Source: Azoarcus sp.
GTDB taxonomy: Bacteria; Pseudomonadota; Gammaproteobacteria; Burkholderiales; Rhodocyclaceae
Assembly: GCA_031258965.1 (NCBI GenBank)
Contig: JAIRMC010000033.1
Span: 982 to 64,981 of the forward strand
Direction: 5' to 3'
DNA length: 64,000 nucleotides
Part shown: positions 51,122 to 62,900 of the stretch, one piece after another
Layout of the letters: every line of letters begins with the position of its first letter
How positions within the stretch are numbered: position 1 is the stretch's first letter
The notes under the pieces: model-generated
What the model was told of the DNA's origin: nothing
Database searches by the model: none
Seen by the model: the letters and a program-made list of their open reading frames with translations, nothing else
Translations under genes and position numbers: made by a program

Positions 51122-52615
51122 TCAGACCGCCGGAGCCGGGCGGCGCAGATGCCAATCAGTGATTTGCTGGAAGCGATGCGCGGCGGTGAGCAGGCGCGCT
51201 TCGGAGAAGTAGTCGCCGATCAGTTGCAGTCCGACCGGCAGCCCATCGGCGTCGAATCCGCAGGGGTGGGAAAGCCCCGGCAGCCCGGCGAGATTGACCG
51301 GCGTGGTGTAGATGTCGGCAAGATACATCTGCGCCGGATCGCCGCTCATCGCGCCCATCGCCCAGGCCGTCACTGGCGAAGTGGGGCCGGCCATCAGATC
51401 GCATTCGCCGAAGGCGCGCTGGAAATCCCCGGCAATCAGGCGGCGCAGTTTCTGCGCTTGCAGGTAATAGGCATCGTAGTAGCCGTGCGATAGTACGTAG
51501 GTGCCCACCAGGATGCGGCGCTGGACTTCCGCGCCGAAGCCTTCGCCGCGGCTTTTGCAATACATGTCGGCGAGGTCGGCGAATTCGGCGGCGCGGTGGC
51601 CGTAGCGCACGCCGTCGAAGCGGGAAAGGTTGCTCGACGCCTCTGCCATGGCAATGACGTAATAGGCGGGGATCGCCAGCCTGGCGTTGGGAAGTTCCAC
51701 TTCGCGGGTCGTCGCGCCCAAGGCGCGGTATTGCGAGAGCGCGGCGTCAACGGCGGCGCGGATGTCGCCACTCATACCGTCGCCGAAAAATTCGCGCGGC
51801 AGGCCAATGACGAGTCCGGCAAGCGGCTTGGCGGCATTGGCGGGCGGCGCGGCGAGCGCGGCGGCGTAATCTTCCGCCGGGCGGTCGAGGCTGGTCGAGT
51901 CGCGCGCGTCGAACCCGGTCATGGCCGCGAGCAGAAGCGCACAGTCTTCGGCGGACGCGCCGAAAGCGCCGCCCTGGTCGAGCGAGGAGGCGTAGGCGAT
52001 GAGGCCGTAGCGGCTCACAAGGCCGTAAGTCGGCTTGATGCCGGTGACGCCGCAGAAGGAGGCGGGCTGGCGCACGGAGCCGCCGGTGTCTGTGCCGGTG
52101 GCAATGGGCGCCAGCCGCGCCGCGACCGCCGCCGCCGAACCGCCGGAGGAGCCGCCGGGCACGTGACCGGTTTCCCATGGGTTCCTGACCGGGCCGAAAT
52201 ACGATGTTTCGTTCGACGAACCCATGGCGAATTCGTCCATGTTGGTCTTGCCCAGACTGACCGCTCCAGCTTTTTTCAACAGGGTGACGACGTGCGCGTC
52301 ATAGGGGCCGACGAAATTGGACAGCATTTTCGAGGCGCAGGTGGTAAGCATGCCCTCGGTGCAGAATACGTCTTTATGAGCGAGCGGGATGCCGGTGAGC
52401 GGCCCTGCTTCGCCGCTGGCGATACGCGCGTCGGCGGCGCGCGCCTCAATGATCGTCCGTTCGCGTTCAACGGTAATGAAGGCATTGAGCGCCGAATTGC
52501 GCGCGCTGATGCGATCAAGGAAAAGAGTGGCAAGTTCGACGCTGGAGATGTCTTTCGCGTCCAGCGCGCGGCGCAAGACAGAAACAGGGGCGTCGACAAG
52601 TGGCGCAGTGCTCAT
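51122..52615 (-). CDS. gatA: Glu/Asp-tRNA amidotransferase subunit A
   Basis: [25 protein letters not shown] and [11 protein letters not shown] amidase signature. Confidence 0.97.
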   Translation of the reverse strand: MSTAPLVDAPVSVLRRALDAKDISSVELATLFLDRISARNSALNAFITVERERTIIEARAADARIASGEAGPLTGIPLAHKDVFCTEGMLTTCASKMLSNFVGPYDAHVVTLLKKAGAVSLGKTNMDEFAMGSSNETSYFGPVRNPWETGHVPGGSSGGSAAAVAARLAPIATGTDTGGSVRQPASFCGVTGIKPTYGLVSRYGLIAYASSLDQGGAFGASAEDCALLLAAMTGFDARDSTSLDRPAEDYAAALAAPPANAAKPLAGLVIGLPREFFGDGMSGDIRAAVDAALSQYRALGATTREVELPNARLAIPAYYVIAMAEASSNLSRFDGVRYGHRAAEFADLADMYCKSRGEGFGAEVQRRILVGTYVLSHGYYDAYYLQAQKLRRLIAGDFQRAFGECDLMAGPTSPVTAWAMGAMSGDPAQMYLADIYTTPVNLAGLPGLSHPCGFDADGLPVGLQLIGDYFSEARLLTAAHRFQQITDWHLRRPAPAV

Positions 52616-52660
52616 TTGGGGAGGAGATGGCGGATTGAAGTAGAACGAAATGAAGTATTT

Positions 52661-52948
52661 TTATTCAATGACCTTGGGCACCAGATAAAGCCCTGCCTCG
52701 GCTTGCGGCGCGACTGCCTGGAAAGCGGCGCGCCGATCTGTTTCGGTAACAATATCGTCGCGCAGCCGGGCCGACAGTTCCTGAGGATGGCTCATGGGTT
52801 CGATGCCACTTGTATCTACAGTCCGCATTTGGGCGATAATGTCGAAAATGCTGTCGAGCTGGATACGCGTCGCATCGACGGCATCGTCCGGCAACGCCAG
52901 CCGGGCCAGCCGGGCCAACCGTTCTATTTGTTCGCTGGAGAGCGCCAT
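52661..52948 (-). CDS. gatC: Glu/Asp-tRNA amidotransferase subunit C
   Basis: LARLARL, VDTSGIEPMSHP, LRDD and YLVPKVIE motifs. Confidence 0.97.
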   Translation of the reverse strand: MALSSEQIERLARLARLALPDDAVDATRIQLDSIFDIIAQMRTVDTSGIEPMSHPQELSARLRDDIVTETDRRAAFQAVAPQAEAGLYLVPKVIE

Positions 52949-52983
52949 GTGATAAACGTGCCAGGTTTCAAAGAGAATTGTAG

Positions 52984-54117
<1,134 letters not shown>

Positions 54118-54173
54118 GGCCGTGCCGCTTGCGTTTTAGACATCCCTGAACGCCGTCGTCCGGGAATTGCTGA

Positions 54174-55097
54174 ATGCCTTCCGCTGATTTTCAGGCACAC
54201 CCCGTATTCAAGCGGGGCGTGTTACCGCATATTCGCTTACTGATATACATCACTATTTGCGTGGTGATGCTGGTGGCCGACCTGCGTTTTCAGTATCTCG
54301 AATCCTTGCGCGAGTACCTGGCGACCCTCACCTATCCCCTGCGGGCGGCGGCGGCCGAGCCGGTCAAGCTGGTCGGCAGCGCCGCCAAGTATTTTTCCGA
54401 TCTGGCGGATTCACAATTCAAATACGCCGATTTCGAGCGCCGCCAAATTGAGAACGCCCAACGCCTGCTGCGCTTCGAGTATCTCGAAAAGGAAAACGAA
54501 CATCTGCGTAAACTGCTCGGCATGAACGAGCGGGTGCGGACGCACAGTGTCGCCGCCGAAGTGCTCTACAGCGTGCCCGATCCGTATTCCCGCAAGGTCA
54601 TCCTCGACCAGGGCAAGCAAAAAGGCGTGGAACCCGGTCTGGCGGTGGTCGATGCCGAAGGGTTGATCGGGCAGATCACCAGGGTTTATCCGATCCAGTC
54701 CGAAGTCACGCTCATCACCGACCGCAACCAGTCGGTGCCGGTACAGGTCGAACGCAACGGCCAGCTCGGGATCATGTCCGGAACGGGGCAAGGCAGTCTC
54801 GAATTGCGCTTCGTGCTTGCCGACGCCGATATAAAGACCGGAGATCGCCTGATGACCTCGGGACTCGACGGCACATTCGTCCCCGGCCTGCCCGTGGCGA
54901 AGATCGAAAGCATCGAACGCGATACCGGCGCTTTTGCCCGCATCATCTGCCAGCCCCTGGGCGGCGTCGAACAGAGTACCCGTGTCCTGGTGCTGAGCCG
55001 CGCGGAACTGCCGCCCCCGCCGCCAGACCCGAAAACCGGCGAACCGCCCCCCCCCCCGCCCCTGGCGGCGAAGCGCGAACCCGGAGATGGGGATTAG
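54174..55097 (+). CDS. mreC: Rod shape-determining protein
   Basis: N-terminal TM, coiled coil (ENEHLRKLL), GLIGQI and TSGLDG motifs; Pro-rich tail. Confidence 0.95.
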   Translation: MPSADFQAHPVFKRGVLPHIRLLIYITICVVMLVADLRFQYLESLREYLATLTYPLRAAAAEPVKLVGSAAKYFSDLADSQFKYADFERRQIENAQRLLRFEYLEKENEHLRKLLGMNERVRTHSVAAEVLYSVPDPYSRKVILDQGKQKGVEPGLAVVDAEGLIGQITRVYPIQSEVTLITDRNQSVPVQVERNGQLGIMSGTGQGSLELRFVLADADIKTGDRLMTSGLDGTFVPGLPVAKIESIERDTGAFARIICQPLGGVEQSTRVLVLSRAELPPPPPDPKTGEPPPPPPLAAKREPGDGD

Positions 55098-55099
55098 CC

Positions 55100-55624
55100 A
55101 TGCAAATCACCAATCGTTCCACCCGCATCCTGCAACCGACAAAACCCTGGTTCGTTTACCTGAGCCTCTTCATCGCCCTCTTGCTGGACTATATCCCCGC
55201 TGGAGAGATGTCCCGCGTTCTTCCGGACTGGGTGGCGCTGGTGCTGGCTTTTTGGTGTATCCGCGAGCCTTTGTACATCAGCATGGGCACGGGTTTCATT
55301 CTCGGCCTGCTGGTCGACGTCGGCAGCGGCGGGCCAATGGCCCAGCACGCCCTCGCCTACGTGGCGCTCGCTTTCATGGCCAACAGCCTGGCAAGAAGAG
55401 TGATGTGGTTTCCGGCCCTGTTGCAGGCATTGCATGTATTGCCGATGCTCCTGATTGCCCAGGCGCTGATGGTCGGGGTACGGATGCTTGCCGGAGAAGA
55501 ATTCCCCGGCTGGCAGTATTTCCTTTCCAGCGCAACTGGCGTGGCGCTCTGGCTGCCGCTCACCTATCTCTTGCTGCTGCCACAGTTCCAGCCAGTCGAC
55601 CGGGATGAAAACCGACCGATCTGA
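55100..55624 (+). CDS. mreD: Rod shape-determining membrane protein
   Basis: PDWVALVLAFW, GLLVDV and LAQHAL-type motifs; operon position. Confidence 0.93.
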   Translation: MQITNRSTRILQPTKPWFVYLSLFIALLLDYIPAGEMSRVLPDWVALVLAFWCIREPLYISMGTGFILGLLVDVGSGGPMAQHALAYVALAFMANSLARRVMWFPALLQALHVLPMLLIAQALMVGVRMLAGEEFPGWQYFLSSATGVALWLPLTYLLLLPQFQPVDRDENRPI

Positions 55625-55633
55625 TATAGCGGA

Positions 55634-57580
55634 ATGAACACTTTCAACGAACCCGACGAGAACACGGGAGGCTTCCTGTTGCGCCTGCTCGTGGCCGCGT
55701 TGCTCGCGTTCGGCGGTTGTTTCCTGCTGGCACTGAGGCTTTATACCCTGCAAGTGAAGTATCACGGTCATTACCACACGCTTGCCGAGGACAACCGCAT
55801 TTCCCTGCTGCCGGTCGTGCCCCAGCGCGGAAACATCGTGGACCGAAACGGCGTCGTGCTGGCGCGCAATTTCGTCGCCTACACGCTGGAAATCTCCTCG
55901 GAGGTCACGGATCCGGAAAAAACGATCAGTGAACTCGCCTCGTTCGTCGCCATCGAACCCAGGGACAAGCGCCGTTTCTACAAATTCCGCTCGGAAAACC
56001 GCCGCCTGGGCAGCGCGCCGATCCGCACCCATCTCAGCGACGAAGAAGTCGCGCGTTTCATCGGACAACGCTACCGTTTCGCGGGCGTCGACGTGCAGGC
56101 GCGGCTGTTCCGCGACTATCCGCACGGACAACTGGCCTCGCACCTGATCGGCTACATCAGCCGCATCAACGACAAGGAGATGGAGGAGATCGAAGAACGC
56201 GGCGACGCCAACAATTACCGCGGCAGCGAACACATCGGCAAGCTGGGCGTGGAAGCTACTTACGAAATCGACCTCCACGGCATCACCGGCGCCGAACACG
56301 TCGAAGTCAACGCCGATGGCAGGGCCGTGCGGCGGCTGAAAAACGAACCCGCGACGGCGGGCAACGACATCGAACTCAGCATCGACATCGCCTTGCAGAA
56401 AGTCGCCGAAGATGCCTTCGGCAACCGCCGCGGCGCCATGGTGGCGATCAACCCGACGAACGGCGAAGTGCTCGCCCTGGTATCGATGCCGACGTTCGAT
56501 CCTAACCTCTTCGTCGACGGCATTTCCACCCGGGACTGGCGGATGCTCAACGAATCAATCGACAAGCCCCTGCTCAACCGCGCCATCTACAGCGCCTATC
56601 CGCCCGGTTCGACATTCAAGCCCTTCATGGCCCTGGCCGGGTTGACCTACGAAAAACGCAAATGGACGCAAAAAGTCTCCGATCCCGGCTTTTTCTGGTT
56701 CGGCGGCCATCAGTTCATGGATGACAAAAAAGGCGGCCACGGCGCGGTCGACATGTATAAATCACTGGTGGTGTCGTGCAACACCTATTACTACATGCTG
56801 GCCAACGACCTGCAAATCGACCGGATCGCCAACTTCATGCCGCAATTCGGCTTCGGCGCCCGCTCGGGAATCGACCTGCCCGGAGAAGCGGACGGCGTGC
56901 TGCCATCCCCGGCGTGGAAACGCAAGCGTTTCAAAACCCGTGAACAGCAGAAATGGTATGCCGGCGAAACCATTTCAGTGGGAATCGGCCAGGGGTACAA
57001 CGCCTACACCCCGCTCCAGATGGCGCAGGCGATGGCAACCCTCGCCAACAACGGCCAGCGCATGCGCCCGCACGTGCTGAAGACGGTCATCGACAACCAG
57101 GGCCAGCGCCAGGAGTTTCCGCCTGAACAAGTCGTGGATATCGACGTCAAACCCGAATACATTGCCCAGGTGCGGCAGGCGCTCGAAGATGTCACCCGTT
57201 TCGGCACCGGTGCGCGGGCTTTTGCGGGCGCGCCCTACCGCTCAGGAGGCAAGACCGGCACCGCGCAGGTGTATTCGCTCAAAGGCGGCAAATACGACAA
57301 AAGCAATGAGCGCATGCGCGACCACTCCTGGTTCATCGCCTATGCCCCCGCCGAAGCGCCGACAATCGCGCTCGCGGTCCTGGTGGAAAACGGCGGCTTT
57401 GGCGCGGCCTCGGCGGCCCCCATCGCGCGGCAGGTCATCGACTTCCATCTGCTCGAAAAACGCGCCAACGAATCCGCGCCAGAAGATTCCGGCGCGAGCG
57501 ACGATGAAGTCGGAAACGGATCAAACCCGCCCATGGCGCAAGCGACTGGAACAGGGGATCGCCCGAATGGCCAACCATAA
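55634..57580 (+). CDS. mrdA: Penicillin-binding protein 2
   Basis: RGNIVDRNG, YPPGSTFK (SxxK), SCN (SxN) and GKTGTAQ (KTG). Confidence 0.97.
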   Translation: MNTFNEPDENTGGFLLRLLVAALLAFGGCFLLALRLYTLQVKYHGHYHTLAEDNRISLLPVVPQRGNIVDRNGVVLARNFVAYTLEISSEVTDPEKTISELASFVAIEPRDKRRFYKFRSENRRLGSAPIRTHLSDEEVARFIGQRYRFAGVDVQARLFRDYPHGQLASHLIGYISRINDKEMEEIEERGDANNYRGSEHIGKLGVEATYEIDLHGITGAEHVEVNADGRAVRRLKNEPATAGNDIELSIDIALQKVAEDAFGNRRGAMVAINPTNGEVLALVSMPTFDPNLFVDGISTRDWRMLNESIDKPLLNRAIYSAYPPGSTFKPFMALAGLTYEKRKWTQKVSDPGFFWFGGHQFMDDKKGGHGAVDMYKSLVVSCNTYYYMLANDLQIDRIANFMPQFGFGARSGIDLPGEADGVLPSPAWKRKRFKTREQQKWYAGETISVGIGQGYNAYTPLQMAQAMATLANNGQRMRPHVLKTVIDNQGQRQEFPPEQVVDIDVKPEYIAQVRQALEDVTRFGTGARAFAGAPYRSGGKTGTAQVYSLKGGKYDKSNERMRDHSWFIAYAPAEAPTIALAVLVENGGFGAASAAPIARQVIDFHLLEKRANESAPEDSGASDDEVGNGSNPPMAQATGTGDRPNGQP

Positions 57581-58745
57581 ACCCCATTCCCGCATCATAA
57601 AACTAGCCGAAGTCATCTTGCGCCCGCTCGACCCGATCCTGGGCCTGCTTCTCGCCTGCCTGCTGGCTTACGCCATCATTATCATGATGAGCGCCTCGCC
57701 AGGGCGTGTCCTTCCCACGCTGGACTATCCCCCTGGCAGCATTATTTCCGCGCAACTCGTCCAGATATTCCTGGCTTTGGGATTGATGTGGCTCGTCGCC
57801 AACATTCCCGCCCAACGCCTGCTGTCGCTCGCGCCAACGCTCTACATCGCCGGGGTGACGCTGCTGGTCTTGGTTCTCCAATTCGGCGTGGTTGTCAAAG
57901 GCGCGCAACGCTGGCTCGACCTCGGCGGCACGCGCTTCCAACCCTCCGAGTTGATGAAAATCGCCATGCCGATGGCGCTGGCATGGTTCTTCCAAAAGCG
58001 CGACGGCTTCATTGGCTGGAAGGAATTCCTGCTCAGCGCCTTGCTGCTGGGCGTGCCGGTGGCATTGATCGCCAAACAGCCCGACCTCGGCACCGCCCTG
58101 CTGGTGGCCGCCGCGGGGATATACGTGATTTTCTTCGCTGGCCTGTCCTGGAAGCTGATCGTGCCGGTAGCCGTCATCGGCGTGGCGGGCATCGGCATTT
58201 TCGCCATTTTCGGCGACCAATGGTGCCAACCGGACGTGCAATGGCCCTTCCTGAAAGAATACCAAAGGGATCGCGTCTGCACGCTGCTCGACCCGACCCG
58301 CGACCCGCTCGGTAAAGGTTTCCACATCATCCAGTCGACAATCGCCATCGGCTCCGGCGGCCTGACCGGCAGGGGATGGATGCTCGGGACGCAGACACAC
58401 GGCGGTTTCCTGCCGGAACGCCATACCGACTTCATTTTCGCCGTACTCGCGGAAGAACTGGGCCTTGCCGGTGTGCTGCTCTTACTGGCGCTTTACCTGG
58501 CCATACTGATGCGCGGCCTATTCATCACCGCCGCCGCGCCGAGCCTCGGCGCGAAACTGCTGGCCGGGTCGATGACGATGATCCTTTTCACCTATTTGTT
58601 CGTCAATATCGGCATGGTCAGCGGCATCCTGCCGGTCGTGGGCGTGCCCCTGCCCTTCATCAGTTACGGCGGCACCGCGCTCATCACCCTTTGCGTGGGC
58701 ATCGGCATCCTGATGAGCATCCGCCGCGGCGGGCGGGAACACTGA
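57567..58745 (+). CDS. mrdB: SEDS peptidoglycan glycosyltransferase RodA
   Basis: GAQRWL, FQPSELMK, QPDLGT, PERHTDFIF and GVPLPFISYGGT. True start at MANHKP; the ORF-track start is too far upstream. Confidence 0.96.
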   Translation: MANHKPHSRIIKLAEVILRPLDPILGLLLACLLAYAIIIMMSASPGRVLPTLDYPPGSIISAQLVQIFLALGLMWLVANIPAQRLLSLAPTLYIAGVTLLVLVLQFGVVVKGAQRWLDLGGTRFQPSELMKIAMPMALAWFFQKRDGFIGWKEFLLSALLLGVPVALIAKQPDLGTALLVAAAGIYVIFFAGLSWKLIVPVAVIGVAGIGIFAIFGDQWCQPDVQWPFLKEYQRDRVCTLLDPTRDPLGKGFHIIQSTIAIGSGGLTGRGWMLGTQTHGGFLPERHTDFIFAVLAEELGLAGVLLLLALYLAILMRGLFITAAAPSLGAKLLAGSMTMILFTYLFVNIGMVSGILPVVGVPLPFISYGGTALITLCVGIGILMSIRRGGREH

Positions 58746-58758
58746 AGGCCGCGCGCCC

Positions 58759-59916
58759 ATGAATGTCCATGGCGCGGACTTGCGGCGTCTGGGCGCAATC
58801 ATCGCGGCAGCCTTGATACTGGCGGCCTGCCACAACACCCCGCTCCGCAAGCCGCCCGCCAAAAAAACCGCCGCCTCCCGGCCCGCCGCAAAACCCCGCC
58901 CAGCGCCTACGGCGCGTCCGCCCGCCCCGTCACGGCAAAACAGCGGCGCTTACTACAAGGACGACGGCCCCGGCAACAATCCGCCCGACAACCTGGCTTC
59001 CCTGCCCGATGCCGAACTGCGCGCGGAACCGCTTCATCCTCGCGCCAACCGGCCTTATCGCGTACTCGGCAAGCAATATGTGCCGCGTACCCGGCTGGAG
59101 CCGTACCGCCAGCGCGGCACGGCAAGCTGGTATGGACGCCGTTTCCACGGACTGCCCACCTCCAGCGGCGAGCCTTACGACATGTACGCGATGACCGCCG
59201 CACATCCGGCCCTGCCGATTCCGAGTTACGCGCGAGTCACGCACCTCGGCAATGGCCGCTCGGTCGTGGTGAGAATCAATGACCGCGGCCCGTTCCTGCA
59301 TGGGCGAATCATCGACCTCTCTTATACCGCCGCCCTGAAACTCGGTTACATCAATACGGGCAGCGCGGCAGTCGAAGTCGAACAACTCCTGCCGGGCAGC
59401 ATGCCCCCCCGCAAGGAAGCGCAAGCGGAACCGGCGCCGCCGCCCATGCCGGAGCCAGTAACGGCCCCGACGCCAGCGCCGGAACCAGGGCCGCCCATGG
59501 CGCCAATACCCATGCCATCCCCGTGGAACGGGAAGATCGCGCCGGATGCCGGCCCGCCCGCGCCCGCCATGATAGAGGCGGACGAGCCAATGCATGTAGA
59601 TACGCTGGGCGCATCAAAACCAGAAAATACGCCAGATGATGTGAAAAATGCAAGCGTCCTTGCACCGGAATCCGGACAAAATCTCTTCCTGCAACTGGGG
59701 CTATTTACCTCTCGTGAAAATGCTGAAAGTTTTCGAGACCGCGCCATGACACGGCTCGCCGGACTGTCCGGGCAAATCGAACTGAGCGCCGAGGAGGGAT
59801 ATTTCCGGCTTTTCATCGGGCCTTATCCATCCCTCGACGCCGCGCACGCGGCGGCGGCGCGCATCGGCGAATTGCTGGACATTCAGCCTTTCACAATCTG
59901 GCGCGACCATCCCTGA
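58759..59916 (+). CDS. rlpA: Septal ring lytic transglycosylase lipoprotein
   Basis: Lipobox LAAC, GTASWYG, TAAHP, RINDRGPF and IIDLS; Pro-rich linker; C-terminal SPOR-like domain (LQLGLF). Confidence 0.95.
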   Translation: MNVHGADLRRLGAIIAAALILAACHNTPLRKPPAKKTAASRPAAKPRPAPTARPPAPSRQNSGAYYKDDGPGNNPPDNLASLPDAELRAEPLHPRANRPYRVLGKQYVPRTRLEPYRQRGTASWYGRRFHGLPTSSGEPYDMYAMTAAHPALPIPSYARVTHLGNGRSVVVRINDRGPFLHGRIIDLSYTAALKLGYINTGSAAVEVEQLLPGSMPPRKEAQAEPAPPPMPEPVTAPTPAPEPGPPMAPIPMPSPWNGKIAPDAGPPAPAMIEADEPMHVDTLGASKPENTPDDVKNASVLAPESGQNLFLQLGLFTSRENAESFRDRAMTRLAGLSGQIELSAEEGYFRLFIGPYPSLDAAHAAAARIGELLDIQPFTIWRDHP

Positions 59917-59977
59917 CCCCAGATCGGGGCTGGCGCGCGTGGTGACGCGCCAATCGCCGTTCTCTTGGGAAGGGGCT

Positions 59978-62900
59978 GTGGATTTCTGGCTAAAACTCTC
60001 CGTCCGCGTTCGCCTGATCCTGCTTTTCATAGCGATCAAGGTCGTACCGCTCATCGCGCTGGTGTGGATCGCCTGGAGCCAGACGCAAGAGACAGCCGTC
60101 CACCTCGGCGAGCGGATCGACGAACTGGTCGATACCGCCAACCGGGCCATCCACGAAGTGGGCGACAAAGCCATCGAGGACGCCGTCAACGCGCTCGACA
60201 ACCGCGCCCGCGACGAAATCGAACGCCTGACCACCGACACCGCCATCCGGGTGGCGAATTTCCTCTACGCCCGCGATGCAGACATCCTCTATGCCGCCAC
60301 GCTCGCCCCTAGCGAGGCCGCATACCGCAATTTTGCCGAGAAACAGCGCCGCGACCTGATCGTGCATGGAAAATGGCGATTGACCGCGGACGGCGCCGAC
60401 TGGGAACCCGAAGACACGCCGCCGGTCGACCCCTACCACGCCAAACCGGGCAGCCGCGACAATGCCACGAAATTCCATTACCGCCCGCCATCGGTCATGC
60501 AAAAAAACAACCTCCCCATCTACCTGGAAATGACCTTCATCGGGCTGGACGGCAAGGAAACAATAAAAGTCACCACCTCGCCCGCCCTCTCCCCGGAACT
60601 CAAAGACATCTCGCAGCGCCGCAACACCTACGCCAAGGCGGAAACCTATTTCGCGGCGCTGAAACGGCTCAAACCTGGCGAAATCTACGTCTCCGACGTC
60701 ATCGGCGCCTACGTCGGATCAAAAATCATCGGTAAATTCACCCCGCAGGCCGCCAGCGCGCGCGGCATTGCGTTCGAGCCGGAAAAACACGCCTATGCGG
60801 GCAAGGAAAACCCGGTCGGCAAACGCTTCCGGGGCATCGTGCGCTGGGCAACGCCCGTGAGCCGGGGCGGCAAGATCGTGGGCTGGGTCTCGCTGGCGCT
60901 GAACCACGACCACCTGATGTCGTTTACCGACCACATCGTCCCCTCCGACAAACGTTACCGCGACATCAACGACGCCTTCGATGGCAACTATGCCTTCATC
61001 TGGGACTACAAAGGCCGCAGCATCGTCCATCCCCGCCACCACTCCATCGTCGGCTACGACGAAAACGGCGAGCCGGAAATCCCCTGGCTCGAAGACACGG
61101 TCTATGAAGACTTCAAGAAAAGCGGCAAAAGCTGGCGCGAATACATGCTGACGGCCCCGACTTTCGTCGACCAATTGCAGAGCCGCAAATCGGCAAAAGC
61201 GCTGACCGACAAAGGCAATGTCGGTCTCGACTGCCGCTGGCTCAACTTCGCCCCGCAGTGCGTGGGCTGGTACAACCTTGCCGACCAGGGCGGCTCCGGC
61301 TCCTTCCTCATCTTGTGGAGCGGCCTGTACAAATTGACCACCACCGCGGCCATCCCCTACTACACCGGACAATACAGCCCCGAAGCGGCGGGCAACAAAC
61401 GCGGCTTCGGCATCGTCACCATTGGCGCCAACGTCAACGACTTCCACCGCGCCGCCAACGAATCCAAGGAACGCCTCGACGGCATCATCAAAGCGGCCAA
61501 CGCCGACATGCTGGCGAGCGGCGCCGACGCCGACCACGCCCTGCGCGACGACCTCGCTCGCGCGGCTTCCCGGCTGACCGTCTCGACCCTCATCCTGATC
61601 GTGCTCGTCATCATTATCGCCATATGGATGGCCTCCTTCCTGTCGAAGAAAATCAGCTGGCTGGACGTCGGCTTCAACCGCTACCGGCTTGGCGAAAAAG
61701 ATTTTCGCTTCCAGTTCAAATACGAGGACGAAATCACCACCCTCGCCGCCTCCTTCAACGACATGGCGGACACCCTGAACAACAACGTCGCCAAACTGGA
61801 AAAGGAAATCTCCGACCGCACCCGCGCCGAAAAAGACCTGCGCGACATCCGGGACAACCTGGAAGAAATCGTCGAAGAACGCACGCACGAACTCTCGGAA
61901 GCCAATCGCCAGCTTTCCGACGAAATCAACATCCGCCGCCTCGCCGAAGAAGAAGCGCAATACCTGGCCGGGCACGACCCCCTCACCGGCCTCGCCAACC
62001 GCATGTTGTTCAATGAACAACTGCAAACGTCCATCGGCCTGAGCGAACGCTCCGGCAAATACGGCGCATTGCTGTTTTTCGACCTCGACCGCTTCAAGCA
62101 CGTCAACGACACACTCGGGCATTCGACGGGCGACGCCCTGCTCGTTCACATGGCGACGACCCTGCAAAGCCGTTCGCGCAAAACGGATACCGTGGCGCGG
62201 CTGGGCGGCGACGAATTCGCCATCATCATGACCGGACTCGAAAAACAGGAATGGGCCGCCATCCTGGCGCAAGACATCCTGGACAAGCTCCAGGCCCCGG
62301 TCACACTTGCCGGGCACGAACTGGCGGTTCGCACCAGCATCGGCATCGCCACCTTCCGGGGCGAAAAAGACGGCAAGGATCCCGAGGAAATCATCAAGAA
62401 CGCCGACATGGCCATGTACATGTCCAAGACGGAAGGCGGGATGCGCTACAGGTTTTTCGACGCGCAAATACAAGACAAACTGTCCGCCGCCGCCCGTCTG
62501 GAAAAGGAACTGCACATTGCGCTGGACAAACGCCAGTTCGTGCCCTGGTTCCAACCCCTCTACCACACCGCCGAACACCGTGTGCTGTATCTCGAAGTGC
62601 TGGCGCGCTGGATACATCCCGCGAAAGGTACGCTGCTGCCGGGCGATTTCATCGAAACCGCCTGGCAATGTGGCCTGACGCAAGAAATCGACACGCAAAT
62701 CATGAGCATGGCGAGCGAACTTGCGCGGGAATGGCTGACGGACGAGCTATTCGACGGACGGCTCTCGATCAACCTCTCGCCCAGATATCTGGAACAGGAC
62801 GATTTCGCCGCGCGTCTGCGCAAACTCCTGGATATTCACCGGCTCGATGCGCGGCGCCTCGCCGTCGAAATATCGGAACACTCCCTCCTGCAAGGCTCAT

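Noticed and set aside
55030-55075. C11 run in mreC and the Pro-rich linker of RlpA (59400-59580)
   Set aside because: These encode ordinary low-complexity Pro-rich tails or linkers common in these families; the frames are intact.
58215-58295. Cys-pair insert in the RodA periplasmic loop
   Set aside because: Similar inserts are, as I recall, common in betaproteobacterial RodA proteins.
60719-62698. 659-aa minus-strand ORF
   Set aside because: Antisense shadow of the GGDEF-EAL gene.
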